In this document: positions 39,780 to 51,000 of the stretch, piece by piece
Layout: each line of letters begins with the position of its first letter
How positions within the stretch are numbered: position 1 is the first letter of the stretch
Assembly (NCBI GenBank): GCA_947501475.1
Contig: CANMWA010000009.1
Coordinates: 76,308 to 140,307, forward strand
DNA from: an uncultured Aquimarina sp.
GTDB lineage: Bacteria > Bacteroidota > Bacteroidia > Flavobacteriales > Flavobacteriaceae
Length of the DNA stretch: 64,000 nt
Reading direction: 5' to 3'
Program-made: the position numbers and the translations under genes
The notes under the pieces: generated by a model
What the model was told of the DNA's origin: nothing
The model's database searches: none
What the model saw: the letters and a program-made list of their open reading frames with translations, nothing else

Positions 39780-42700
39780 ATGACAACGACATTAGAGGCA
39801 ATAACCACCAATTTTAGACGGTTTACTAAAAACCAGGTGCTTACCGAGGGGCACCTTAACCAAATCGTAGATTATTTTGATGATCAGATACGACTGTCCA
39901 GAACCTGCCTTAGTGGCGTGGGAATCGTGTGCGGTTTTGAGGTAAACTGTGATGATATTACCAAAGAAATTACCATCACGCAAGGAGTAGGGGTAACCAC
40001 CGATGGAGACCTGTTTAGCCTGTTTTTACCAGCAGATGATGGCGATTTTCGTATCGATTTCGAATCGTTAGCCTACAAAGGATACAAAACTTATGATAAT
40101 AGTAATGTACAGTATGAACCATTTTTCTATAAAAATAATAAACAGATTACCCTACGAGAGCTCACTCTTGAGGATAGTGGTAATGGGGTTAAACCTCTAA
40201 ATGGTCTAGCTACGCTTAAAGACATGGTTGTGTTATTATACCTCGAAACCTTTGTTGAAGACACAGATTTATGTACGACTCTGGGGTGTGATAATCAGGG
40301 TGAAAATAGAGTGGCAAATCATAAGGTGTTATTGGTAAATAAAACCGATGCGCAGCATATTATTGATCAAGATCCATCGATTCAAAAAACTAATTATAGT
40401 AAACTATATTATGATCTGCCCGAGGTGATCATGAATAAAGTGGTAGCTGTCCCAGATATTTTTGATTCATATACTGATCTAAAACGAAGTTTTGCCGATG
40501 CTATTTTAGATAAAGAAGTGATCAAAAATCTAGGTGACGGTTTTAAAATCATGTTAGGAATGGACTATATCGATGCTCCTGATCTCCTTTCAGAAATAGA
40601 AACAAAAATAGATCAGGTATTCGATTTTGAAGCACCTAATGCTCCTGCAGATGTACAATATCGTTATGATCTGCTTAAAGATCTGGTCGATACATATAAT
40701 GAAATCAAGCAAATACTATTACATATTGATGTATCTGATTGTTGTGCTGGATACCAGGATTTTCCTAAACATCTAATGATAGGTGAGGTTCAAAAAGAAG
40801 GTCAATGCTACGCATATAGACATGGGTTTTATAAATCTCCGATATTAGCAAATAATACATCTACTGGATGTGAAAGTTGCGATCCGGTAACACTAGATTA
40901 TGATTTTGAAGGCAGTACCGATGATGTACCTGCTTGCGAGGGTAGTATCGATCCCAATGGAGATCATGGCCACCATATCGTTTTTGTAATCGATGAGTCT
41001 GGTTCTTTTAGGCGACAAAAAGAATTTGTAACGCAAGCACTTAATGGATACTTGGATTCTGTTATGAATACGAATACCTATGTGTCTCTTATCGGGATGA
41101 CGTATAACGATAATACAGTAAGACAAGATCATTTGATTTATAGACCGGTAGCAGATCCAAGTTTACGAGATTGGATCTCTATGTTTGCCGATCCGTCGTC
41201 TCCAAGTTATCGTATTGGGGGTGATTTTTGGGGCACAGGCTATACTGTAGTAATAGATGCAATTCTCAATACCAGAGTTCCCGACCCGGCCATTGTGATC
41301 ACCTTGGCAGACGAATACCCCGGGGGGACTCATATAATTTCTGCAGAACGGGCAACCTATATTAAGAAGAGAACAAAACTTTTTAATTATATCGTGGATT
41401 ACGATAACAATAATATTCTTGCCCCTAATGCTGCTAATTCATTACCACCAGGCAACATTGCAAGTATCGATGGAGAGTCTGATCTAGACACTGCCGATTA
41501 CTTTTTTACAGCCAACTTTAATGATCTTGAAATTAAGATCAAAAACCTAAATGAATCACTAATCAATTCTAATATATTTTGCCAGGAAACAACAGCAGAT
41601 GAGGTAGATCCTTCAAAAGGAGAACTTACCATTTGTTATAGTGCTGATAAAAGTGAACAACGACTTTTTAGTTTAATTAAGAGAGTAGCATTACAGCTAA
41701 CCAATTATAATCCTGAGTATAGATTTGTCAAAATAACGCCATCACTAGAACTAGGAGTTTTAAGTAAAAAAGCAATTCCATTCTATTATAATGTAGGAGA
41801 AAAACTGATCGAATACTGGGATTTTGATAAGACCGTGATGGGTAGACATAAAACCAATCTTAGTTATCACGATAGTCTTTTGGCAATCAAAAAACCATTA
41901 CAGTTTTGTATAGATAATGATTTTTATCGCGTTGAAGGACATTTGGGGCGTAATTACCTCGAAGTAATTGATAGAATCAATACGGTAAAAAAATCTAATA
42001 GTTTAGGATTTAATGTGGTAGCATTACCACTTAATTCTCGTGATGTAGTGGGTATAGATTATAAGGAATATTATCTGAGTAAAAATTATGGTTTAGAACA
42101 TAAAGCAGGAGTGCCAGAGGGAGGAACATTAATATTATTTTATTTAGAGACTACCCAAATTGAAGAAGATAGAATTTCTGAAGATTTTATAGAGGAACAA
42201 ACTCGAAGATCTGATAAAGTTCGCCGCGTTAAAACAGTCGAAGAAGGACAGAAAAACGAAAAACGTTTGCCTGTAGCATCTCAATTTAATACTTTATTTG
42301 TAAATGAAACCAACCCGGTGGTAGCAGATTTCTGTTTACCATATCTATGTTGTGATGAAAACGAACCAGATGCCTGCTTACCAGATGAAATAGTATGCTT
42401 TGATGAGGAAACAGAACGCATTCCTTTTGAAGTTACTCCAAGAAACGCTGTAGTAACAGCAGATGTTGCATTAGGCCTTAATGGGGGAGTAGTAATTGAT
42501 AGAGCTGGTAATTATTTCTTTGATCCAAAAATTGTAAGTGAAATACTTCATGGTACTCAGATTCGATTTAAAGTAAATAATCAACGATCAAAATTTTCGG
42601 TTAAAATATTTAGAAAACCAGAACTAGAAATTACAAATACATTAACCTATGAAAGCAATAGGACTGTTGCTCGTGTAATCTTTACCATTACAGGAAGCGA

Positions 42701-42992
42701 GTTAAACCAAATTAGTTTATACCGATGGGATTTTGGAGATGGTTCTCCAATATCTGATCAACAACCAAATTCAACTGGACAAGTAGTGCATAGTTATCGT
42801 TTACCAGTGAATAGTGCCAATATTGTTAATCCAAAATTAACTGTGGTAAAAGGGCTATGTGAAACAGAAGTACCTATCGATGAAATTGATTTTGGAGAAG
42901 TACCTTATTACTATTACTATGGTTCTGATAATGTTAAAGGTTTTGATCTCGACTCAGACAGTATTTTATCTATATCTATAGGAGATTTATAA
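39780..42992 (+). CDS. eCIS fibre-like protein A (Afp13-like N-terminus) with inserted vWA domain and C-terminal PKD-like domain
   Basis: NQVLTEGHLN...RLSRTCLSGVGIVCG N-terminus; VFVIDESGS MIDAS; FYRVEGHLG, GLEHKAGV, VVADFCLPY; YRWDFGDGS. Confidence 0.72.
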   Translation: MTTTLEAITTNFRRFTKNQVLTEGHLNQIVDYFDDQIRLSRTCLSGVGIVCGFEVNCDDITKEITITQGVGVTTDGDLFSLFLPADDGDFRIDFESLAYKGYKTYDNSNVQYEPFFYKNNKQITLRELTLEDSGNGVKPLNGLATLKDMVVLLYLETFVEDTDLCTTLGCDNQGENRVANHKVLLVNKTDAQHIIDQDPSIQKTNYSKLYYDLPEVIMNKVVAVPDIFDSYTDLKRSFADAILDKEVIKNLGDGFKIMLGMDYIDAPDLLSEIETKIDQVFDFEAPNAPADVQYRYDLLKDLVDTYNEIKQILLHIDVSDCCAGYQDFPKHLMIGEVQKEGQCYAYRHGFYKSPILANNTSTGCESCDPVTLDYDFEGSTDDVPACEGSIDPNGDHGHHIVFVIDESGSFRRQKEFVTQALNGYLDSVMNTNTYVSLIGMTYNDNTVRQDHLIYRPVADPSLRDWISMFADPSSPSYRIGGDFWGTGYTVVIDAILNTRVPDPAIVITLADEYPGGTHIISAERATYIKKRTKLFNYIVDYDNNNILAPNAANSLPPGNIASIDGESDLDTADYFFTANFNDLEIKIKNLNESLINSNIFCQETTADEVDPSKGELTICYSADKSEQRLFSLIKRVALQLTNYNPEYRFVKITPSLELGVLSKKAIPFYYNVGEKLIEYWDFDKTVMGRHKTNLSYHDSLLAIKKPLQFCIDNDFYRVEGHLGRNYLEVIDRINTVKKSNSLGFNVVALPLNSRDVVGIDYKEYYLSKNYGLEHKAGVPEGGTLILFYLETTQIEEDRISEDFIEEQTRRSDKVRRVKTVEEGQKNEKRLPVASQFNTLFVNETNPVVADFCLPYLCCDENEPDACLPDEIVCFDEETERIPFEVTPRNAVVTADVALGLNGGVVIDRAGNYFFDPKIVSEILHGTQIRFKVNNQRSKFSVKIFRKPELEITNTLTYESNRTVARVIFTITGSELNQISLYRWDFGDGSPISDQQPNSTGQVVHSYRLPVNSANIVNPKLTVVKGLCETEVPIDEIDFGEVPYYYYYGSDNVKGFDLDSDSILSISIGDL

Positions 42993-42998
42993 TACATT

Positions 42999-43847
42999 TT
43001 GGAAAAGATAAATATAATATATAGCCTTAATACACATCCCATTATCCATAATCGATGGAACATGGGAAATAAATTTGAAGATACAATTTATATGACAGCT
43101 ACTAGTGTTTTGCATAGCTGTTTATGGTACGATACAATAAAACTATATGTAGACCCTATTGCGTATCAATATCTTTCGGGTTTGCCTTGTGAGGTTATTA
43201 AGGTTGATTTTGATATTGATCAGGAATTATGGATGGAGTCAAAATTATATGCTATAAAAAATGAACATGAGCCTTTTGTGCATATGGATACCGATGTGTT
43301 TATCAAAAAACCGATCGAGTTTATTTTTGATAAAGTCATAGTTGAGCGCAAAGATGCAGCATATTATTATTACAAGAATTTGATCACCTTTTTTGATCAA
43401 TATTGTAAAGATATATCATTCTGGAATCCAGAAATTCCATATGCATGGAGTTGTGGTATCATAGGGTTTAAAGATTTGAGATTAAAAAATGAATTCGTTC
43501 AATGTTATACTATACTTAAGAATGTTTTGCGAGAACATAGACAGGCCTATGAATCTTTTAAAAAAGGGGAACGAGGCTATTTAGAAGTTGCACTGTTATT
43601 AGAGCAATATAACTTAACAAGTTTATTGTCTTATTTAAGAGTACAACCAAATGTTTTGATACCCGGAGATAGTAAAAAAGAACAATCGGTATATGCAAAT
43701 CAAATAGGCTATACTCATTTATTGGGAGCATCAAAGTATCATCCCAAAAATGTAAATAAAATGAAAGAACTATTAAAGACTAAGTTTTTATCTCATTATA
43801 ACAAGATTAAAAACAAATTTGAAGAAAATAGCATCATAAATGCTTAA
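42999..43847 (+). CDS. DUF6734-like GT-A-fold (DxD) glycosyltransferase-like protein 1
   Basis: WMESKLYA, FVHMDTDVF, CGIIGF, LLEQY, IGYTHLLGASK. The TTG start is supported by N-terminal alignment with the next gene. Confidence 0.65.
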   Translation: MEKINIIYSLNTHPIIHNRWNMGNKFEDTIYMTATSVLHSCLWYDTIKLYVDPIAYQYLSGLPCEVIKVDFDIDQELWMESKLYAIKNEHEPFVHMDTDVFIKKPIEFIFDKVIVERKDAAYYYYKNLITFFDQYCKDISFWNPEIPYAWSCGIIGFKDLRLKNEFVQCYTILKNVLREHRQAYESFKKGERGYLEVALLLEQYNLTSLLSYLRVQPNVLIPGDSKKEQSVYANQIGYTHLLGASKYHPKNVNKMKELLKTKFLSHYNKIKNKFEENSIINA

Positions 43848-43909
43848 TGAAAATTAGCATTAAGAAGCAACAATAACGATGTGATTAATACAATAAAGTA
43901 CTAATATAA

Positions 43910-45562
43910 ATGAATAAAATTGTTTACAGTTTCTGGACAAAACCAATCCGCCATAGGTGGGCAAGATATAGTGAAGAGCATAATCTTGAAGATATGCTTC
44001 AATCTTCTATTAATTGTATGTGTTTGTCTGTATTGTATGCCAAAAAATGGGGTTTTGAGGTAGAGATTATTACCGATTTAGATAGCTTTCACCATTTTAA
44101 GGATCTACCTGTAGATCATATCTCTACAGATCTTTCTTTTTTGAGTTATGACAGGACATGGACAAAAGGGAAAATGCTTGCTATAGCAAAGCAAACCAGA
44201 CCGTTTGTACATATGGATTGGGATGTAATTCTTAGAAAGAAAGAGGTTGCAAATATGATCAGGCAATGTACTACAGGAGTATTGGTGCAAAGTGTAGATA
44301 AAGTAGGCTTTGATCGACAATCAAAAGGAGCCAGGGAGATTACTTTTGAAGAGCTAAAATACTTAAAGTGGATGATAGATTTTAAGCCAAATACCGCTGA
44401 AGAAATTATCAAGACATATGATGCTGTTTGTAACACAGCTATTGTTGGTTTTAATGATATGAAAGTAAAGGATGCCTATGTCTCAAATTATTTAAAATGC
44501 CTTGAAATTTCAGAAGAAACAGATTGGATGGATATCTCTAGAGTGATAGACCAATATTCATTGTATTGTTCTGTACAATCAAATAATACAACAATTACTG
44601 AAATATTACCAAGTACCAATAATATCCAGGAAACTGCTAATGATATAGGATACACCCATTTTTCATTTTTGAGTAAGTATACAAAAGTGATACAAAACAA
44701 AATTGTCGCTAGGATTAATGAAGAATTTCCTCAGTATAACCATTTGGTTTCTCCAAAACCTACAATAAATAACCCAATAAAGTTAAGCCTTTGTACAGTG
44801 GTGATGAATCGTTTTGATCATATGGTAACCACATTAGAGCATAATGTAAAGGTTGCAAGGCAATTTAAAGGAGAAGTAGACATTAACATTCTTGATTATA
44901 ATTCTACTGATGGACTTGAAGAACATTTGTTTTTGCAAGATTGGTTTGTAGAGGGTATTGCAGATGGCTTGATCAACTATTATAAAAATTATAAGGCTAA
45001 GTATTTTCATAGAACGCTGCCAAAAAATACCATCCATAATATGGCATTAGGTGAGTATTTGATCAATGTTGATGCAGATAATTATATAAGCCCTAGTTAT
45101 CTAATGTATTGCAAAACAATTGCAGAGCATGAGAAAAACTTCTTTTTACGACCATCAATGCATAGTGCCAAAGGAAGTCTAGGACGTATTGTTGTGCACC
45201 GCGATGATTTTAAAAAATTAGGAGGGTACAACCTTAAAATATCTAATTACGGATATGAGGATGCAGAATTCACATTGAGATTACGAAAACTCGGTATTAA
45301 ACAAATCAATGTACCCTCACACATATGTCTTGATGCTATTGATCATGGAGATCATGATCGAATGGCTAATGAGAAACCAAGAGAAAAAGTTCGATTTGAT
45401 AATGCATTAGAAGATTCTGATTATGAAAATAAGATGATCGACTTTGAATTGTATCCAAACCTCAATGAGATAGTGGATATTGAGTTATTTAAGATTAATC
45501 ATAAAAAACAAAGAATTAAAATATATGACACCCGTACATATACTCTGGACAGAGCCATTTAA
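43910..45562 (+). CDS. DUF6734-like GT domain fused to a GT2/GT7C-like glycosyltransferase
   Basis: N-terminal domain: IVYSFWTKP, FVHMDWDVI, NTAIVGF, IDQY, GYTHF. C-terminal domain: LSLCTVVMNR, ILDYNSTDG, NVDADNY, DFKKLGGYN...YGYEDAEFTLRL. Confidence 0.72.
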   Translation: MNKIVYSFWTKPIRHRWARYSEEHNLEDMLQSSINCMCLSVLYAKKWGFEVEIITDLDSFHHFKDLPVDHISTDLSFLSYDRTWTKGKMLAIAKQTRPFVHMDWDVILRKKEVANMIRQCTTGVLVQSVDKVGFDRQSKGAREITFEELKYLKWMIDFKPNTAEEIIKTYDAVCNTAIVGFNDMKVKDAYVSNYLKCLEISEETDWMDISRVIDQYSLYCSVQSNNTTITEILPSTNNIQETANDIGYTHFSFLSKYTKVIQNKIVARINEEFPQYNHLVSPKPTINNPIKLSLCTVVMNRFDHMVTTLEHNVKVARQFKGEVDINILDYNSTDGLEEHLFLQDWFVEGIADGLINYYKNYKAKYFHRTLPKNTIHNMALGEYLINVDADNYISPSYLMYCKTIAEHEKNFFLRPSMHSAKGSLGRIVVHRDDFKKLGGYNLKISNYGYEDAEFTLRLRKLGIKQINVPSHICLDAIDHGDHDRMANEKPREKVRFDNALEDSDYENKMIDFELYPNLNEIVDIELFKINHKKQRIKIYDTRTYTLDRAI

Positions 45563-46439
45563 GAAGAATAATAAGAAAATAGAATCGTGTACTCATATGT
45601 TCTTAAGCGCTACCATGATCAAACAGGTTTATGGCGAGATTCATGTGATTACTGATAGATACGGTGAGTATTTAATCAATCAATTAGGATTGCCTTATGA
45701 CAAAGTGCATTTGGGATTAGATCAAGCTACAAGTGATTTTACATTTCCTGATGCCAAAGTTCTTGCTTACAAAATGCTCTCTGATATTATTCCGGGATAC
45801 TTGTACTTTGATTTTGATATTTTTATTACTAGACCGGTTCTTAAAAAAGATTTTATTGTGCAATGTGACGAAGGAGCATCGCCTTATCCATATCGTATAT
45901 ATCAATATTTGATTGACAAAGGAATCGAATTTTGTTATGATTACGAACTTTCGGATTTAAGGTTCTTCAATATGGGATTATTTCGTTGTGCTGATAAAAG
46001 AATTGTATACGAGTATTATGAATCCTATTTCACTACAAAATATCAAAATCAATATATAAAAATAGATGATGTACTGACTCCTCAATATGTGATGTTTTTA
46101 GAACAAAATTATATCTATAAAGTGTTACAAAAGAATAATTTACTCGACCAGGTACATGAGCATTTTCCTGCTCGGCAGAATCAATATAATAATTTTGGTT
46201 TTGATGTTTTTATAGATAAAGCAAATGCAATAATGAATGAATATGATAATGATGATTTAGAATTTGACCCAAATTATCACGCACCATCCGATATTAAAAA
46301 TATTGATATAACAGGATATACGCATTTGATGTATTTTAAAGAAAATGAAGAAGTGTTGACAGATGTAGTAGAATATGCATTTACGAACTATCCTAAAGAG
46401 TTTTCAAAATTAATGGTAAAAATGAAACATATTTGTTAA
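45525..46439 (+). CDS. DUF6734-like DxD glycosyltransferase-like protein 3
   Basis: VHILWTEP, LSATMIKQVYGEIHVITD, KVLAY, YFDFDIF, FNMGL, FLEQN, GYTHL. ATG at 45525 is preferred. Confidence 0.62.
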   Translation: MTPVHILWTEPFKKNNKKIESCTHMFLSATMIKQVYGEIHVITDRYGEYLINQLGLPYDKVHLGLDQATSDFTFPDAKVLAYKMLSDIIPGYLYFDFDIFITRPVLKKDFIVQCDEGASPYPYRIYQYLIDKGIEFCYDYELSDLRFFNMGLFRCADKRIVYEYYESYFTTKYQNQYIKIDDVLTPQYVMFLEQNYIYKVLQKNNLLDQVHEHFPARQNQYNNFGFDVFIDKANAIMNEYDNDDLEFDPNYHAPSDIKNIDITGYTHLMYFKENEEVLTDVVEYAFTNYPKEFSKLMVKMKHIC

Positions 46440-47990
46440 ATGACCAACGCAGGAAAACATATCATTAATAAAGTCTATGTAGAGGTAAATACTGCTTCCA
46501 AAGAACAGGCCTACCATATCAAAGATAATCTCGATGTGTTTTTAAAAGAGCATGTTTTTCAGCAAATAGAAAATCATTTTGACACCATTGAAAAAGACAT
46601 TAAAAATAATATTGTAAGAATAGAAAAGCTAGATTTGGATCTAACGGTAAACAGTGATTTTAAATATGATGATTTAAAACAAAAAATTACTGTAGGATTA
46701 GAGAAAGTGATTCGCGAAAAAATAGAAGATAGTATTGTTAGCAAAGATCATGAGGATATATTTCTAACGAGTGATGATAATATCCTTACATCCTTTTTTT
46801 ATTTCCTCGAGAGAGGCACTATGCCCTGGTGGAAAGGAATAGAAACTTCAAGTTTTTTGCTGGATGATGAGGTGTTATATGGCGTCTTAGAAAAAAATGA
46901 ATTTGAGCGCTTGTTTCAAGAAAAAATAAAACAATCTTATGTCAGAAAACGATTTATAAAACAGTTTTCTGATCAAGCTATTATCACAATATTGATACAC
47001 TCGTATAAGAATAGTAGCGCCAATAATCATATAGATATCACAAGACTCTTAAACGATGAATTGATTTTGTTGTTAGAAGCTGTACAACCCGAATTTAGAA
47101 CAGAAATCTGGAATCAAATCATCATCTTTTACACCACAGTTAATCCAGCATCATTATATCAGACGATTTATAAGCTAAAGGATACTTTGTATATAGAAAA
47201 CGAGAAATCTATAAAATCAATTCAGATTAACAGTTCAGAAATCTTTAAAAATTTTCAAAAGAAGATTGTATGGTTCGATATGTTGATCGAAACACGACAA
47301 TCTAATAATGATACAATTAAGAGTGATGATCCAAAACCAATACACTTAGCGAAAAAGGATACAGATAAAAATATTGAAGATCAAATAAAAACTGACGATA
47401 AAAACCGTCAGGGTATTAAAGATGATATAGGAGAACCCAAGGTAGAACCAATAGATGAAAATACTGATCAAATAGATCAAGATAATGTTCTTGAACAAGA
47501 AGGATACTATCTAGAAAATGCAGGATTAATACTAATACATCCGTTCCTGAAACATTTTTTTGAACATTGCGAATTACTCAATGAAGATGGCACCATTAAT
47601 GATCCCGAATTGGCAGTGCATGTCTTACATTATCTAACGACAAAAAATGAAAATCAGCCAGAATATCTTATGATACTCGAAAAATTTTTATGTAATGTCC
47701 CAATTCATAAATCAATTCATAGAAATATTACAATACCTCAAAAAATCAAGGAACAATCAGAGGAGTTATTACAAGCAGTAATTCAAAACTGGGGAGCACT
47801 CAAAAATGCCTCTTCAGATTTATTACGCAATGAATTTTTGCAACGATCTGGTAAACTTGTGCTCACTGATAAGAGCCCCAAAATTATTGTAGAAAGAAAA
47901 ACACAAGATATTCTTTTGGATAGATTGCCGTGGAATATAAGTATCGTAAAACTACCATGGAAAGACAAGCTAATCTTTGTAGACTGGTAG
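46440..47990 (+). CDS. Contractile injection system tape-measure protein (Afp14-like)
   Basis: KHIINKVYVEV N-terminus, YFLERGTMPWW, LENAGLILIHPFL, LRNEFLQRSGKL, DILLDRLPWNISIVKLPW. Confidence 0.88.
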   Translation: MTNAGKHIINKVYVEVNTASKEQAYHIKDNLDVFLKEHVFQQIENHFDTIEKDIKNNIVRIEKLDLDLTVNSDFKYDDLKQKITVGLEKVIREKIEDSIVSKDHEDIFLTSDDNILTSFFYFLERGTMPWWKGIETSSFLLDDEVLYGVLEKNEFERLFQEKIKQSYVRKRFIKQFSDQAIITILIHSYKNSSANNHIDITRLLNDELILLLEAVQPEFRTEIWNQIIIFYTTVNPASLYQTIYKLKDTLYIENEKSIKSIQINSSEIFKNFQKKIVWFDMLIETRQSNNDTIKSDDPKPIHLAKKDTDKNIEDQIKTDDKNRQGIKDDIGEPKVEPIDENTDQIDQDNVLEQEGYYLENAGLILIHPFLKHFFEHCELLNEDGTINDPELAVHVLHYLTTKNENQPEYLMILEKFLCNVPIHKSIHRNITIPQKIKEQSEELLQAVIQNWGALKNASSDLLRNEFLQRSGKLVLTDKSPKIIVERKTQDILLDRLPWNISIVKLPWKDKLIFVDW

Positions 47991-48041
47991 CGATACATAG
48001 ATAATAAAATAGTGAAATAACTAATAAAATACACACAAATC

Positions 48042-51000
48042 ATGATCACCAAATTAGCCAAAATAACACCTGGTTTTAGAAGGTTTTCCAGAAGTCAATT
48101 TCTGACAGAAAACCTGTTAAACCAACTATTTGATCATTTTGATGACCAGATTCGTTTATCTAGAGTGAATCTAAGTGGTGTTGGGATTGTCTGTGGTTTT
48201 GAGGTAAGCAAAACTGCTGATGTAATTACTATACAACAAGGACTTGGGGTTACTACAGATGGGGATTTGTTACACCTGTATGTTGATCTAGACGAAGGCG
48301 GTAAGAGTATTAAATTTCCTAGCATAGCGTATACACATTTTCGAGTGTATGACAATAGTAAATCAGAGTATAGCCCGTTTTTTTATCAAGACAATAATCA
48401 AATAGAGTTATTTGAATTACTGCCCGGATACGAAAACTCAGAAACACTAAGTTTAAGTAATTTTCCGAGAGAAGATAGACCAGATCTAGAAGATATGGTA
48501 GTGCTTATTTACCTAGAAAACTATGAGCGAAATATTAATAAATGTAGTAGTTTAAACTGTGATGGTGAAGGGACAGATATTGTAGCAAATTATAGAATTT
48601 TAATTACTTCTAAAGCCGATGCAGCATATATTAATAGCTATGATAATACAATAAGCAAACCTAATTATGGTAAGTTATATTATAAGATTCCAGAGATATT
48701 ACTTCCAAAAGTAATTGTAACCGCCGAGGATTTTGAAAGCTCAATAAAATTAGGCAAACGTTTATCATTGCCTTTCGAAAACCTAAAATTATTAAATAAT
48801 CTTGTCGAAGGTTTCTCAGCCATATTCGATGTTTTGCAATTACCAGATCTCAAACAAAGACTACTAACAAAGTTCAATGATTTATTTATATCAACAACGG
48901 GTTCTGATCTTATACTAGATGATTTACAATATCGATATGATATATTAAAAGATGTAGTAGATACTTATAATGAGATAAAAAGACTTTTGCTAGAATTGTC
49001 CTCTAGAGCATGCAACGCAAATCAAGGAGATTTTCCTAAGCATTTAATGTTGGGCGAAGTATCAAAAGAGGGGGTTTGTTATAGCTGTAGGCATAGTTTT
49101 TATAAATCGATATTACATACTTCTAAAAGCGGGGATCCTTGTTTTGATTGTAATGCAATAGCAAATGATCAAAACGATACTATTTGTTTTGATATTCATG
49201 AGCCAGAACAACTACTTTACAGTCTTTTGATACGAGTAGTTAAACAACTCGAAAATTATAACTCAAAACATACTGAAATTAAAATAACACCTTCATTCTT
49301 ACAAGGTAGTTTAGGAAGAAAAGCGATTCCGTTTTATAATGATGTAGACAACACATTACTAAAACTTTGGGATTTTGAGAAATCTGCAAAAGGAATAGAA
49401 ACCTCTAATAGAAGTTATCATAGAGATTTATTAAATACTGATGATCCATTTGCAATATGTATCGATAAAGATTTTTATAGAATCGAAGGACATCGAGGTC
49501 AAGATTATAAAGCTGTACTTAATCGATTAAAAGAACTAAAACGAGAACATGCGATAAGTTTTAATGTTGTCGCACTAGGGATTTCTAGTAATTTCTTTAC
49601 GCAAGAAGGCAATAGCGAAGAAATTAGTATCCCTATGAGAGGGGGCGAAGAAAACTATACGTCATATTATGTAAATAATAGGCCAGGACTAGAGCATAAA
49701 GCAGGAGTAACCCCAAAAGGAACTTTTGTGATTGTATTTTTAGAGGATTTCCTTATACAGGAAGGTAGAAGTTTAAAAAATAGAGTAGCAAAAATAGAAG
49801 CCGCTGAGGGATTTGAAGGATCATTTAATCCTGTAATAGCAGATTTTATGGTTCCTTACTTATACTGTGATGAAAGTCTGCCAACGTTAAAACTCCCAGA
49901 AGAATCTATATGTTTTGATAGCGATACCAAGCCAATACCATTCGAAACCACTCCCAAAGATGGTTTTGTAGTCGCTTTGGTACCTAGAGGTCTAAACGGA
50001 GGAGTTACACGAAACGCAAATGGGAGATCATTTTTTAACCCTAAACTAGTGAGCCCGCAGCTTATTAACACCCCAATAAGATTTGAAATAAATAATCAGG
50101 ATACAGATGCGGTAATCACAATTCATCGCAGACCAGAACCAATAATTACAACTACGGTTACTTATGATAATCCGTTCAAAACAGAAGTTACAGTAACATA
50201 TACGGTATCTGGTCCATATAGTAGCGAAATTACCGAATACAAATGGGACTTTTTAGGAGACGGTAATACAGTTATTATCGAACCAGATGCTTCTGGAAAT
50301 GTGGTAAGAAACTACCAAAACCCAGTAGCACCAAACCCTACTGTAATCAGTTCAAAACTCGATGTAAAAACTGATTTTTGTAGCAATACGATACTTATTG
50401 ATCCTATTATTTTTGATGACCCAATAGTAATAGAACTCGATTTTGATAGAAACGAAATTTGCGTGAATCCTGCAGCATGTGATGTTCCTACACACATTGC
50501 TTTGATAGTAGATGAATCTGGATCTATAAGCGGAAATGAAATTACCGAAATAAAAGATGGATTAAGAGCTTTTATTGACGGTCAAGAAGGTACAAATAAT
50601 GTGATCACATTATTAAATATGCATGACTCAGATAACGGAAGACCTCTTAATATTATAGATGAATTACCAATAATTGCCAGCACAAAAGGTCGGTTTACAC
50701 AATGGATAGATAATTATCGTACATCTGCATCTGGAGCAGCAGGCAATTCGCATTTTTGGACCAGCGGAATAGGGTATTTAATTAATGATTTACCTAATGT
50801 TCTCAATAGCCTTAAAACAAATCCAGACATTGTAATTTTAATAGCCGATGGTGTTGCTGCTACTGATTCTTTGCGATTTAAGCAAAGAGTGGCTGCGCTA
50901 AATTCGAGATCACATTTGTTCTTTTATGCATTAAGTAGCCCAACTGAAACTGCAGTAGGATATGGTAATGACTTACCAGGGTACCTTAGAAATCAAGTGC

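Noticed and set aside
42999-46439. Stray LPS/capsule biosynthesis locus
   Set aside because: No nucleotide-sugar synthesis, flippase or polymerase genes, and the GT-like genes are tightly coupled to eCIS genes on both sides.
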